DNA from: an uncultured Clostridia bacterium
Lineage (GTDB): Bacteria; Bacillota; Clostridia; Christensenellales; UBA1242
DNA length: 64,000 nucleotides
Direction of reading: 5' to 3'
NCBI GenBank assembly: GCA_944381175.1
Contig: CALWKD010000004.1
Span: forward strand, 76,939-140,938
Made by a program: the position numbers and the translations under genes
In this document: one piece after another, positions 39,351 through 47,716 of the stretch
Layout: the number at the start of each line of letters is the position of its first letter
How positions within the stretch are numbered: the stretch's first letter is position 1
The notes under the pieces: generated by a model
Database searches by the model: none
Seen by the model: only the letters and a program-made list of their open reading frames with translations
Told to the model about the DNA's origin: nothing

Positions 39351-39402
39351 GCGAAAAAACGGCACTTTAGCGAAAAAACGGCGCTAAAACTCGGCTTGCT
39401 GT

Positions 39403-39573
39403 TCGCAAGCGCTCGGGAGACGCTTGTTTTTTCGCTACTTCGCACCAAACGAAAATTGCACAATTTGTGCAATTTTGTGCGAACTTTCTTTGGTTTTTAT
39501 TTATAAAGACGCATGGCGTCCGACCAAGCGAAAATCTCGCTCGCTTTGCTTCACTGCGATTTTGTCGTGACTT
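39403..39573. repeat. Modular intergenic repeats (module 1 at 39403-39430; bulged-hairpin module 2 at 39441-39486 and 39520-39573), related to 18726-18807
   Basis: tcgcaagcgctcggg.ag.cg.ttgttt is shared with 18726-18752. The motif CGAC-CAAGCG-AAAATC...GATTTT-GTCG-TGACTT is shared with 18762-18807. The variant CGCAC-CAAACG-AAAATTGCACA-ATT-TGTGCAATTTT-GTGCG keeps the architecture with different stem sequence. Confidence 0.8.
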
Positions 39574-39753
39574 AAAGTGGAGACATCGAAATGGTGCTGA
39601 GCAGATGCAAAAAAAATAAATGTAGTTAGGCGAAAATTTGTATGTTTAAAATAGAAAATGAAAAAATGGCGCTTTTGGCTTGGTTTTATATTCTCATATA
39701 TTTAGGAATTTGGAAAATAAAAGGGCACGCGGTGGCATTGTGGGGTTGGAGCG

Positions 39754-39782
39754 GTTGACAAATTTAGTGTTTTGTGATATAC
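39754..39782 (+). promoter_or_regulatory. Sigma-A type promoter of rnpB
   Basis: TTGACA (39754-39759), 17 nt, TATACT (39777-39782). The P1 helix starts about 7 nt downstream. Confidence 0.7.
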
Positions 39783-39787
39783 TGACA

Positions 39788-40200
39788 AAGTCAGACAGCC
39801 AGATGGTCGCTGTGCAGTTGTGATGACTGCAGAGAGGAAAGTCCGAGCATCTAAAGAACAAGGTGCCAGTTAACGGCTGGTGAAGGCGACTTCAAGGATA
39901 GTGCAACAGAAATAGACTGCCCTAATTGGGGAGAGTCAATGAAGTGGCGGTTAGGCTTTGCCTTGTCCGCGTTAAACGGAATTGGTGCTTCCCCAGGGCG
40001 ATGGTGGAAAGGTAGGGTAAGAGCCTACCGAGGCGGTGGCAACATCGCTTGCTCTGTAAACCCCACCTGATGCAAGATTAAGTTTGAGCATATGTGTGTT
40101 CTTTCACGCTCAACAAAAGTATCGCTTGAACTTGTTGGCGACAACAAGTCTGGATAGATGACCATCAAATACAGAACTCGGCTTACAGACTGTCTGACAA
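39788..40200 (+). ncRNA. rnpB: RNase P RNA, bacterial type A, with an enlarged P12 arm
   Basis: P1 GTCAGACAG...CTGTCTGAC. P4 strands GAGGAAAGTCCGAGC and ACAGAACTCGGCTTACAG. GTGCAACAGAAA. P13/14-type GGTAGGGTAAGAGCCTACC. Confidence 0.9.
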
Positions 40201-40226
40201 ACCACTTTATGTGGTTTTTTTATTGC
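40201..40226 (+). terminator. rnpB terminator; first copy of a 26-nt perfect direct repeat
   Basis: ACCAC-TTTAT-GTGGT + T7. The identical 26-mer accactttatgtggtttttttattgc recurs at 40502-40527. Confidence 0.8.
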
Positions 40227-40295
40227 GTTTTCGTGTTTTTCGACTTTTTGTTTGATTTAATTTGTTTCCAAAAACATTTTTGATATAATTCCTAT

Positions 40296-40502
40296 ATGAA
40301 AAGAAAATTTGCAGAGAGGTTGAGAGAGTTGAGACAGGAGAAAAAGTTGTCGTATAAGCAACTAGGAAATCTTGTCGGCTTGAGTTCTTCGGCACTTTGC
40401 AATTGGGAAAATGGTCTGATGGATATCACAAGTGACAACTTACAAATTTTGGCGGATTTCTTTAAGGTGAGCACTGATTACCTTTTGGGAAGAGAAGATT
40501 GA
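40296..40502 (+). CDS. XRE-family helix-turn-helix protein (68 aa), probably leaderless
   Basis: FAERLRELRQEKKLSYKQLGNLVGLSSSALCNWENG...LADFFKVSTDYLLG. Extended -10 TGATATAAT ends 7 nt before the ATG, and there is no RBS. Confidence 0.85.
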   Translation: MKRKFAERLRELRQEKKLSYKQLGNLVGLSSSALCNWENGLMDITSDNLQILADFFKVSTDYLLGRED

Positions 40503-40527
40503 CCACTTTATGTGGTTTTTTTATTGC
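40502..40527 (+). terminator. Second copy of the 26-nt terminator repeat
   Basis: Perfect repeat of 40201-40226. It begins at the last base of the XRE stop codon. Confidence 0.8.
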
Positions 40528-40579
40528 AAAAATTTGAGTGCTAAGTCTAAAAAATTTCTCCTTTGGAAACAATTGCTTT

Positions 40580-41809
40580 ATGACGAAAAAAGAGTATATT
40601 CAAAGGGCAAAGAATTTGATTTTGAACAGGGTGAGATTTCACGCACCGATTTTGTTTGACGACGAGATTGATGAAAGGGTTTTGGAAAATGGCGGGATAG
40701 ACAAAAATTTGCCAATTTTCAAGTTTGAGAAAGTCCTTGACAAAAAACTTATCAAGGCGTTTGCACTTGCAAAGAAAGAGGAAAAATTCAATCTTGTGGT
40801 GGCGTCTGAGGTGGAGGGGAAGAAGTGTAAGGTGCTTCAAAATCTTCCAAACACGGTTCTTTTGGGAAGATATTCTTCCAAAAGGCTCTTGGAAATGATC
40901 AACAAGTTGAACATAAATTATTCCTCCTCAACCAATTTCAATTTGGAGTTTAAAGACAAGTTTTTTTGTGTTAATGGCGTGAGATTCAATCCGTCTTTTC
41001 AAGATTTTCTGCTTGTGCAAGAGGCTGTTTTTGAGGATGTTTTTGTCAAATACAACGAATTTGTTTTGAATGGCGAAAACATCTTCGTCAAGTTTTTAAA
41101 CAAGGTGAGTGAAGAAAAAAAGTTGACCATCGAACTGAACATTCCACTCAAAAAGGGTTACTATTATTTCAAAAAAATGGACAAGGCATATTTGATTGAA
41201 AATTTGGTGACGAAAGAAAAACTCTTTTTCAATTTCCTATGCAGTGGGGCAAAGTTTTCCTTTTCAAATGTTGACGGACTTGAAAACTCGGTGTTTTGTT
41301 GTGTCAACTTGAAACTCAACATCACGCTTAAGCCAAAGCAGATGAAATTTGTCTTTTTCAATTTTGGCTCGTCGAAATTCTCAATTAAAACCCTTTCGGA
41401 AGCCGAAAAATTTGTCAAACTTTCGCAGAAGAAAACGAGAGAAGTTTTTGATGTGCAGGTTAAGACCAAAAATCCAAAATTTGATTTCTTTTTCAATCGT
41501 ACTCTTCCGCAAAAAATTTGGGTGAACTGGCTCAACGGCACATTTGACAGAGGTTTGGAAGAGAAATATTTGACTTACCGCAGACTTTTTGTGCGAGGGA
41601 AAGAAAAAATATCATTTGTCAAATTTTCAGAAATCGGAGTGAGAGAAATTGGGGTCTTTAATGGAGAATATTACAAAAAAATCATTTTTGTGCAAGGAGA
41701 CGAGAAGTTTCTTAAAGTGGGCAAGACTTATTTTTACAACATCAACGACATCACGAGTCGAACTCTCTCAAGCAAAGAGCCTGTGCTTTTGAGTTTTGGA
41801 GAGGAGTGA
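40580..41809 (+). CDS. Hypothetical protein (409 aa), Phe/Lys/Asn-rich, likely beta-rich
   Basis: Long ORF with codon usage like its neighbours. I recognise no motif. Start ATG 40580 is tentative. Confidence 0.5.
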   Translation: MTKKEYIQRAKNLILNRVRFHAPILFDDEIDERVLENGGIDKNLPIFKFEKVLDKKLIKAFALAKKEEKFNLVVASEVEGKKCKVLQNLPNTVLLGRYSSKRLLEMINKLNINYSSSTNFNLEFKDKFFCVNGVRFNPSFQDFLLVQEAVFEDVFVKYNEFVLNGENIFVKFLNKVSEEKKLTIELNIPLKKGYYYFKKMDKAYLIENLVTKEKLFFNFLCSGAKFSFSNVDGLENSVFCCVNLKLNITLKPKQMKFVFFNFGSSKFSIKTLSEAEKFVKLSQKKTREVFDVQVKTKNPKFDFFFNRTLPQKIWVNWLNGTFDRGLEEKYLTYRRLFVRGKEKISFVKFSEIGVREIGVFNGEYYKKIIFVQGDEKFLKVGKTYFYNINDITSRTLSSKEPVLLSFGEE

Positions 41810-41933
41810 AGTTTTTTCTCGGAATTTTCAAAACTTATTTGAATTAGAAAAATTTGGAAATAAAAAAATATTTAAAATTTTTTAACAAATTGTTTGCATA
41901 TGTCGCAAATCTTTGCTAAAATATCTCTCAGAT

Positions 41934-43223
41934 ATGGACACAAGACAGAGAATTCCACTTGCGGAAAGAATGAGACCAACTTCTCTCGAAGAGTTTGTCG
42001 GGCAGGAACATATTGTTGGGAAAAACAAACTGCTTTATCGTGCCATTTCGACGGGCACGGTGGGCAGTTGCATTTTTTATGGACCTCCTGGCACTGGAAA
42101 GACCACACTTGCAGGAATTATTGCAAAGATGCTCAACGCCAACATCGAAAAACTCAACGCTGTCTCAAGTGGTGTTTCGGATGCAAAGGCTGTCATTGAA
42201 AGGGCAAGAACGCAAAAACAGATGTTCGGCACTGACACATATCTTCTGCTTGACGAATGTCACAGGTGGAGCAAGTCGCAAAGTGATTGCGTGCTTCAGG
42301 CGATTGAAGAGGGGGACATTTATTTCATTGGCTCGACCACTGAAAATCCATACACATCTATGACGCGGGCGATTGTGTCAAGATGCAGTGTGTTTGAGTT
42401 TAAGAAAGTGTCTCAAAACGATGTCGAAAAAGTTTTGCAAAGGGCGATTTCTGACAAAGAAAAAGGTCTTGGCGATTTTAAGACACAGGTTGATGAAGAC
42501 GCTGTCAAATTCCTTGCTTTCGCTTGCAATGGAGATGTCAGAACTGCACTGAACGCTCTTGAACTTGCCGTGCTTTCCACCAGTGTCGGAAAGGACAAAG
42601 TGATACATATCGACAAAACGACTGTTGCAGAATGTTTAAACAAGCGACCTCTTTCCATTGATGAGAGTATGTATTATGACTATCTGTCGGCATTTTGCAA
42701 GAGTTTGCGTGGCTCGGACACCGAAGCGGCTTTGTATTATGCACACAGGCTCATAAAAGCGGGGATAGACCCATTGATTATCGCCAGAAGAATGATTGCT
42801 CACGCCTCTGAGGACATCGGAATGGCGGACAGCAACGCTCTGCTGATGGCAATCAGTGCACTTATTGCTTGCGAGAAAATTGGTCCACCAGAGTGCTATT
42901 TGAACATCTCTCACGCAATCATTTATTTGTGTGAGGCGGAGAAGTCAAACAGCGTGCTTAAAGCGATGCATATGGCAATGGAAGACGCTGAAAATGAAAG
43001 AGAGGACATTGTGCCAAACCACTTGAAAAATCATCCAAGCACAAACAAAGACGGTCACGGCAAATACAAATATCCGCACGATTATGGCGGTTATTGCAAC
43101 CAACAATATATGCCTGACAGTCTTAAAGACAGGGTTTATTATGTCCCAAGTGAAAATGGCAGAGAAAAAAATTTGATTAGGAAAAAATTTTCCAAAAATG
43201 GCTTTGTGCCAAAGAAAAAATAA
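41934..43223 (+). CDS. rarA: Replication-associated recombination protein A (AAA+ ATPase RarA/MgsA)
   Basis: LAERMRPTSLEEFVGQEHIVG. Walker A GPPGTGKTT. Walker B LLLDECHR. C-terminal MgsA helical domain YYDYLSAFCKSLRGSD. Confidence 0.93.
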   Translation: MDTRQRIPLAERMRPTSLEEFVGQEHIVGKNKLLYRAISTGTVGSCIFYGPPGTGKTTLAGIIAKMLNANIEKLNAVSSGVSDAKAVIERARTQKQMFGTDTYLLLDECHRWSKSQSDCVLQAIEEGDIYFIGSTTENPYTSMTRAIVSRCSVFEFKKVSQNDVEKVLQRAISDKEKGLGDFKTQVDEDAVKFLAFACNGDVRTALNALELAVLSTSVGKDKVIHIDKTTVAECLNKRPLSIDESMYYDYLSAFCKSLRGSDTEAALYYAHRLIKAGIDPLIIARRMIAHASEDIGMADSNALLMAISALIACEKIGPPECYLNISHAIIYLCEAEKSNSVLKAMHMAMEDAENEREDIVPNHLKNHPSTNKDGHGKYKYPHDYGGYCNQQYMPDSLKDRVYYVPSENGREKNLIRKKFSKNGFVPKKK

Positions 43224-43388
43224 ATGGTCGGAAACAAGAATTTTTGATAATGTGAGTTTTTGTTTTTCAAAACTTGCTCAGATTTGACAAATTTTTTGCT
43301 TACCCAACATCATCCTGTTTTAATTGTTTTGGTGTTTGCAAAAAGTTTCTGATTGAACATACATTATGCTAATTAAGGAGAAAAAGAA

Positions 43389-44348
43389 ATGTTTGGAAAA
43401 AGGGCAGACGGAGTTAAGGTTAAAGATTTGCAGATTATTGACAAGGCAATAAGTTATTTTATGCCACAGAGAATTGACGCGGTGAACTTTTCAGCTCAAT
43501 ATGTGAATTGCAAGACATTGGACGAGTTTATCTTGAAAGAAAAGAAGGAAAACGGGATTCATTACACATACACAGAGATTTTGATTGCGGCGGTTGTTCG
43601 TATGCTTCACGAAAGACCAAAAGCAAACAGATTTGTCAATGACTGTGTGATTTATCAAAGAAATTATATCTCTGTTTCAATGAGCATTTTGACAAAACTT
43701 GTTGACGAGGGTGAGGAGTTGACTTTGAAGTTCTATTTCAAAGGAACTGAGAGTTTGCCTGAAGTCAAAAAGATTGTTGATGATGAAATTGCAAAAAATT
43801 TGGTTGCAAACGCAGAGACGCACGAGACAACCAGAATTGCAGGGCTTCTTTGCAAACTTCCAAGTTGGATGTTTAAACTTGCCATTTGGTTTGTCAGGAA
43901 GTTGGACAAGCACAACTGCTTGCCAAAGTCTCTCATTCACGCAAGTCCTTTCCACACAAGCATTTATGTCGCCGACCTAAGAAGCATCAAACTTGACAGA
44001 ATTTATCATCATCTTTACAATTTCGGAACGACTTCTATGTTCGGAACTATCGGGAAAGTTAAATATGTTCCAGTTGCAGACAGAAGCGGAAATGTGACGG
44101 TTGAGAAGAGACTTGAAATGGGCTTCTCGCTTGATGAGAGAATATGCGACGGACTTTACTACCGTAACTGTATGAAAATGATCACCGATTTTGCGGAAAA
44201 CCCAGAACTTTTGAAAGAACCTCTTCCAGAACCAGAACTCACAGGAAAGGCTCTCAAGAAAAAGCAAAAAATGGACAAAAAGAGAGCAAAAAAAGAAGCA
44301 AAATTGGCAAAGAAAAAGAAGAAAACTGAAGAGAAAGAAGGAGTTTAA
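43389..44348 (+). CDS. Stand-alone 2-oxoacid dehydrogenase E2/CAT-fold acyltransferase-like protein with DER in place of DHR and a poly-Lys tail
   Basis: FGTTSMFGTIG and GFSLDERICDGLYYRNCMKMITDFAENPELL align to the E2 catalytic-domain motifs (...SFDHRxxDG...P..LL). No lipoyl or E3-binding domains. Confidence 0.65.
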   Translation: MFGKRADGVKVKDLQIIDKAISYFMPQRIDAVNFSAQYVNCKTLDEFILKEKKENGIHYTYTEILIAAVVRMLHERPKANRFVNDCVIYQRNYISVSMSILTKLVDEGEELTLKFYFKGTESLPEVKKIVDDEIAKNLVANAETHETTRIAGLLCKLPSWMFKLAIWFVRKLDKHNCLPKSLIHASPFHTSIYVADLRSIKLDRIYHHLYNFGTTSMFGTIGKVKYVPVADRSGNVTVEKRLEMGFSLDERICDGLYYRNCMKMITDFAENPELLKEPLPEPELTGKALKKKQKMDKKRAKKEAKLAKKKKKTEEKEGV

Positions 44349-44772
44349 GACTTGCAGGCTTTGAAATTTGCTGAGAAATAGTGGAGAAAATTATCTCCAC
44401 TATTTTTTTTGTTTAAGTTTGGAAAGAGGGGGCGGGCTTGTCCTTCTTTTTTTTTGTTTTCAATTTTTGTTAAAAGCGATGAAAAAATCTTGTTTTAAAA
44501 CCCAAGATTTGCCGAAAAATCTAAATTTTATGGCAAAAATTTTTGAAAAAATTCAAATTTTTAAATTGAAAAAATTGTGTTGAAATTGTCTTATGTTGCT
44601 CTAAAAATGTCGAAAATTGAGTGTTAAGGCACAAATTTGATGTCCTTTTGACATCAGAAATTGTTGCATTTGAAAAATATTGTAAATTTTTGAATATTTC
44701 GGTGACACAAAAATTTGACTATGAAAAACTTTGTTTTTATAATCGTCTTGGATACTAAAAAGAGAGGTTAAA

Positions 44773-45297
44773 ATGAACGAAGAAATTATTTGGACAAAAA
44801 CAATCTTGAAGGTTTACAGGTACTTGGAAAGGATTAGTGGAGCGATTGACAGACTTGTTTTGAGGTGCGGTCTTGGAAGCGGAAGTTTTAACTCACAGAT
44901 GTTTTATCAAAACAATGTGCTCTCAATTTCCCAGAAGATTATCAACCTTTCGGAGCGAAAAGTTACATTGATAAATTTGAAGGTGCTCACGGAGACCATT
45001 CTCAAAAAGTTGAAAGCGGAGGACGCAAAAATTTTGATTGAAAAATATGTCGACGGGAGAAAATATAAGGATATTTGTTTGAGGAACCAAATAAGTTTGA
45101 GGACAATTTACAGAAGGCTTGACGCCAGCGAAAATGCTTTTGCTCGTCTGCTTGTTGCAAAGGGTTACAGCGGACAGAAACTCTCACAAATGCTTGAAAA
45201 TGAAAATTGGATTTTGAGCGTTTACAACCAGTTGAAAGAAAAAAATGACGACTTTGATTTGTCATCATCTTTTCTTGATAGGGCGGTCTCAATGTGA
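44773..45297 (+). CDS. Sigma-70 region-4-like / phage late-regulator-like HTH protein (174 aa)
   Basis: LSERKVTLINL...LKAEDAKILIEKYVDGRKYKDICLRNQISLRTIYRRLDASENAFARLL. RBS AGAGAGG. Confidence 0.55.
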   Translation: MNEEIIWTKTILKVYRYLERISGAIDRLVLRCGLGSGSFNSQMFYQNNVLSISQKIINLSERKVTLINLKVLTETILKKLKAEDAKILIEKYVDGRKYKDICLRNQISLRTIYRRLDASENAFARLLVAKGYSGQKLSQMLENENWILSVYNQLKEKNDDFDLSSSFLDRAVSM

Positions 45298-45319
45298 CAC
45301 TTGCACGCTTTTGCAAGGG

Positions 45320-46105
45320 CTATAAATCGTTTTCGTCAAATTCAAAATAATCTCCGTGATGCACTTTTTTCCTGTCCTTCTTGATTTGCTTTCTTGATTT
45401 TGTTATTTGAATGATTTTTGTCGGTTTTATCAGAAAATACAAGATGAGCACGCTTGGCACGCTTATGGAAACAATCAACATTATTTTTGTGCCTGTTGAG
45501 AGAGTTTTAAGTTCGCTGTTGGGCGAGGTCGACAGGTCCAAGTCCGTTATGATTGAAAAAGTCTCATAATTTGTGGAAATTGGCGTGAAATAATGGGTCA
45601 GTGGCGAGAAAATATACCCAAAATATGTCTCTCCGTCGACGGTCGTGCTGGCATAATACCACTCATTGCTTGTGCTTGAGACCTGCTCGCCAATCTTTGT
45701 GCCATAATATGTGAAGGTGTTGTTTGTGTCGACATCAACTCCAGAACTGCTTTGGGAAGGGTTTTCATACAATTTGTATGGCACAAACACCCTGAAAGTG
45801 CTGTTTGCGTAAGGGTTTTGCGGAGTCCCGTTCATAAGAGTGACCCTGTCCTTTTTGACATAGCCCGTCACATCTTTGTAAGACACTTTGAAATAGTCGT
45901 CAACCGAACTTTCCACTTTGACGAAATAGGAATATGGAATTTCAAAGAGAGCGGAATTTTCGCTCGGTGTTGAGCAAAGGTAGACTCCGTTGTTTTGCAC
46001 CTTTGCGTAATAAGAATTTTCTGCATAAGTTGTTTGCGGATGAAAAAGGACTGCAAAACAAAAAATTTGCAAAAACATTAAACTTAAAATAATAAATTTT
46101 TTCAT
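45320..46105 (-). CDS. Secreted SH3b-like repeat protein with C-terminal TM anchor
   Basis: Signal peptide MKKFIILSLMFLQIFCFAVL. Two YxxV..ngVyL/fKVsY..vtGYV SH3b-like segments. TM helix IMLIVSISVPSVLILYFLI and a basic tail. Confidence 0.6.
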   Translation of the reverse strand: MKKFIILSLMFLQIFCFAVLFHPQTTYAENSYYAKVQNNGVYLCSTPSENSALFEIPYSYFVKVESSVDDYFKVSYKDVTGYVKKDRVTLMNGTPQNPYANSTFRVFVPYKLYENPSQSSSGVDVDTNNTFTYYGTKIGEQVSSTSNEWYYASTTVDGETYFGYIFSPLTHYFTPISTNYETFSIITDLDLSTSPNSELKTLSTGTKIMLIVSISVPSVLILYFLIKPTKIIQITKSRKQIKKDRKKVHHGDYFEFDENDL

Positions 46106-46197
46106 ATTTTCATTTTAGAATATCAATTTTTGTGGGTAGTAGGAGATTTTTGTCAAATTGTTGCCCATTTTATTTATTTTTGTATTAAGAGGACTTT

Positions 46198-47628
46198 ATG
46201 GAAGACAAACTTATAAAAAGATTGCTTAGAATTGAAAAGACCATTGATTTGAGATATAACGCAAACCGCCTGAATTTTTACAACAAAAAAGGAAAGATTC
46301 ACAAAAAACAAATGGCATTTCACAAATGCAAGAAGAGAAACCGCTGGGTCTTTGGCGGAAATCGTTCTGGCAAAACTGAGTGCGGAGCGGTGGAAGTGGT
46401 CTATCTTGCTTGCGGGATTCATCCGTATCGAAAAAACAAGGTGACGGAAGGTTGGGTTGTCAGTCTTTCAAGACAGGTGCAAAGAGATGTCGCACAAAAG
46501 AAGATTTTGCAATATTTGCCCCAATCTTACATTGAGAAAATTGTTATGGTCAGCGGAGGTGCGGACAGTGCCGAAAACGGAATTATTGATTTTATTGTCG
46601 TAAGGTCGGCTGTGGGCGGGCTAAGCAAAATCGGCTTTAAAAGTTGCGACCAGGGCAGAGAGAAGTTTCAAGGGGCTTCACTGGACTATGTTTGGTTTGA
46701 CGAAGAGCCTCCGCAGGACATTTATATGGAATGTAAAATGCGTGTGCTTGACAAATGCGGAGATATTTTTGGCACGATGACGCCACTTAAAGGGCTCACT
46801 TGGGTCTACAACACCATCTACCTAAACGATAAGCAGGACAGTGAGGTTTGGTTTGAGATGATGGAGTGGGCGGACAACCCATTTCTGTCCAAAAAAGAGA
46901 TTCAAAACTTGACCAAGACTTTGCCCGCTGACGAACTGGAAAGCAGGCGTTATGGCAAGTTTATGCAAAACGGTGGGCTTGTCTACAGCGAGTTTGACGA
47001 AAATGAGAATGTCATTGAGCCGTTCGACATCCCAGAAGATTGGCAGGACGCAATATCTATTGACCCAGGACTTCACAACCCCCTTTCCGCTCATTTTTAT
47101 GCGGTTGATTATGACGGAAATGTCTATGTTGTGGCGGAGCATTATCAGGCGGAGAAGAGTGTGGAGTTTCACGCAAACAAAATCAAGGAGATTGCCGACA
47201 GACTCCATTGGAAGCGTGACAGAAACGGCTTTTTGCGAGCTTTTATTGACTCGGCGGCGAAACAAAAGACTTTGTCCAGCGAGAAAAATGTCGTGGAACT
47301 TTTTTATGAAAATGGAATCCTCGTAAACCCCAATGTCAACAAAGACCTTTTCTCTGGCATCTCTGTCGTCAAGTCTTACATCAAGACTCTTGATGGGAAG
47401 CGAAGACTTTTCATCTTTAAAAATTGCGTAAATTTGATTCGCGAGATAAAGAGTTATTGGTGGGGAGATGACGATGTTCCGATCAAGAAAGATGACCACT
47501 GTCTTGACGAACTTCGATATTATCTTATGACAAAACCGCTCAACAAAGAAAGGGCAGGAAAAAATGAAATTCAAAAGGACAAAGAAAAAATGGCGAGGAG
47601 ACTCAGATTGTCTGGAAACAATTATTAA
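46198..47628 (+). CDS. Phage terminase large subunit (TerL) homologue, apparently intact, without other phage structural genes
   Basis: Walker A GGNRSGKT. Walker B DYVWFDEEP. RNase-H-fold nuclease Asp motifs AISIDPG and KKDDHCLDELRYY. Confidence 0.85.
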   Translation: MEDKLIKRLLRIEKTIDLRYNANRLNFYNKKGKIHKKQMAFHKCKKRNRWVFGGNRSGKTECGAVEVVYLACGIHPYRKNKVTEGWVVSLSRQVQRDVAQKKILQYLPQSYIEKIVMVSGGADSAENGIIDFIVVRSAVGGLSKIGFKSCDQGREKFQGASLDYVWFDEEPPQDIYMECKMRVLDKCGDIFGTMTPLKGLTWVYNTIYLNDKQDSEVWFEMMEWADNPFLSKKEIQNLTKTLPADELESRRYGKFMQNGGLVYSEFDENENVIEPFDIPEDWQDAISIDPGLHNPLSAHFYAVDYDGNVYVVAEHYQAEKSVEFHANKIKEIADRLHWKRDRNGFLRAFIDSAAKQKTLSSEKNVVELFYENGILVNPNVNKDLFSGISVVKSYIKTLDGKRRLFIFKNCVNLIREIKSYWWGDDDVPIKKDDHCLDELRYYLMTKPLNKERAGKNEIQKDKEKMARRLRLSGNNY

Positions 47629-47716
47629 AAGGAATTTTTTGCCAATTTTTGTAAATTTTGCAAATAATTTGTCAATATATTTGGAAAAATAATCTTGAAT
47701 GTGGTAAATTAAGACT

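Noticed and set aside
39345-39390. Short tandem GCGAAAAAACGGC motif and TTAGCG/CGCTAA hairpin after the DAC-like gene, as a special element
   Set aside because: It is probably just the terminator region of the upstream gene. There are two short copies only, which is not enough signal to call anything beyond what is listed under the modular repeats.
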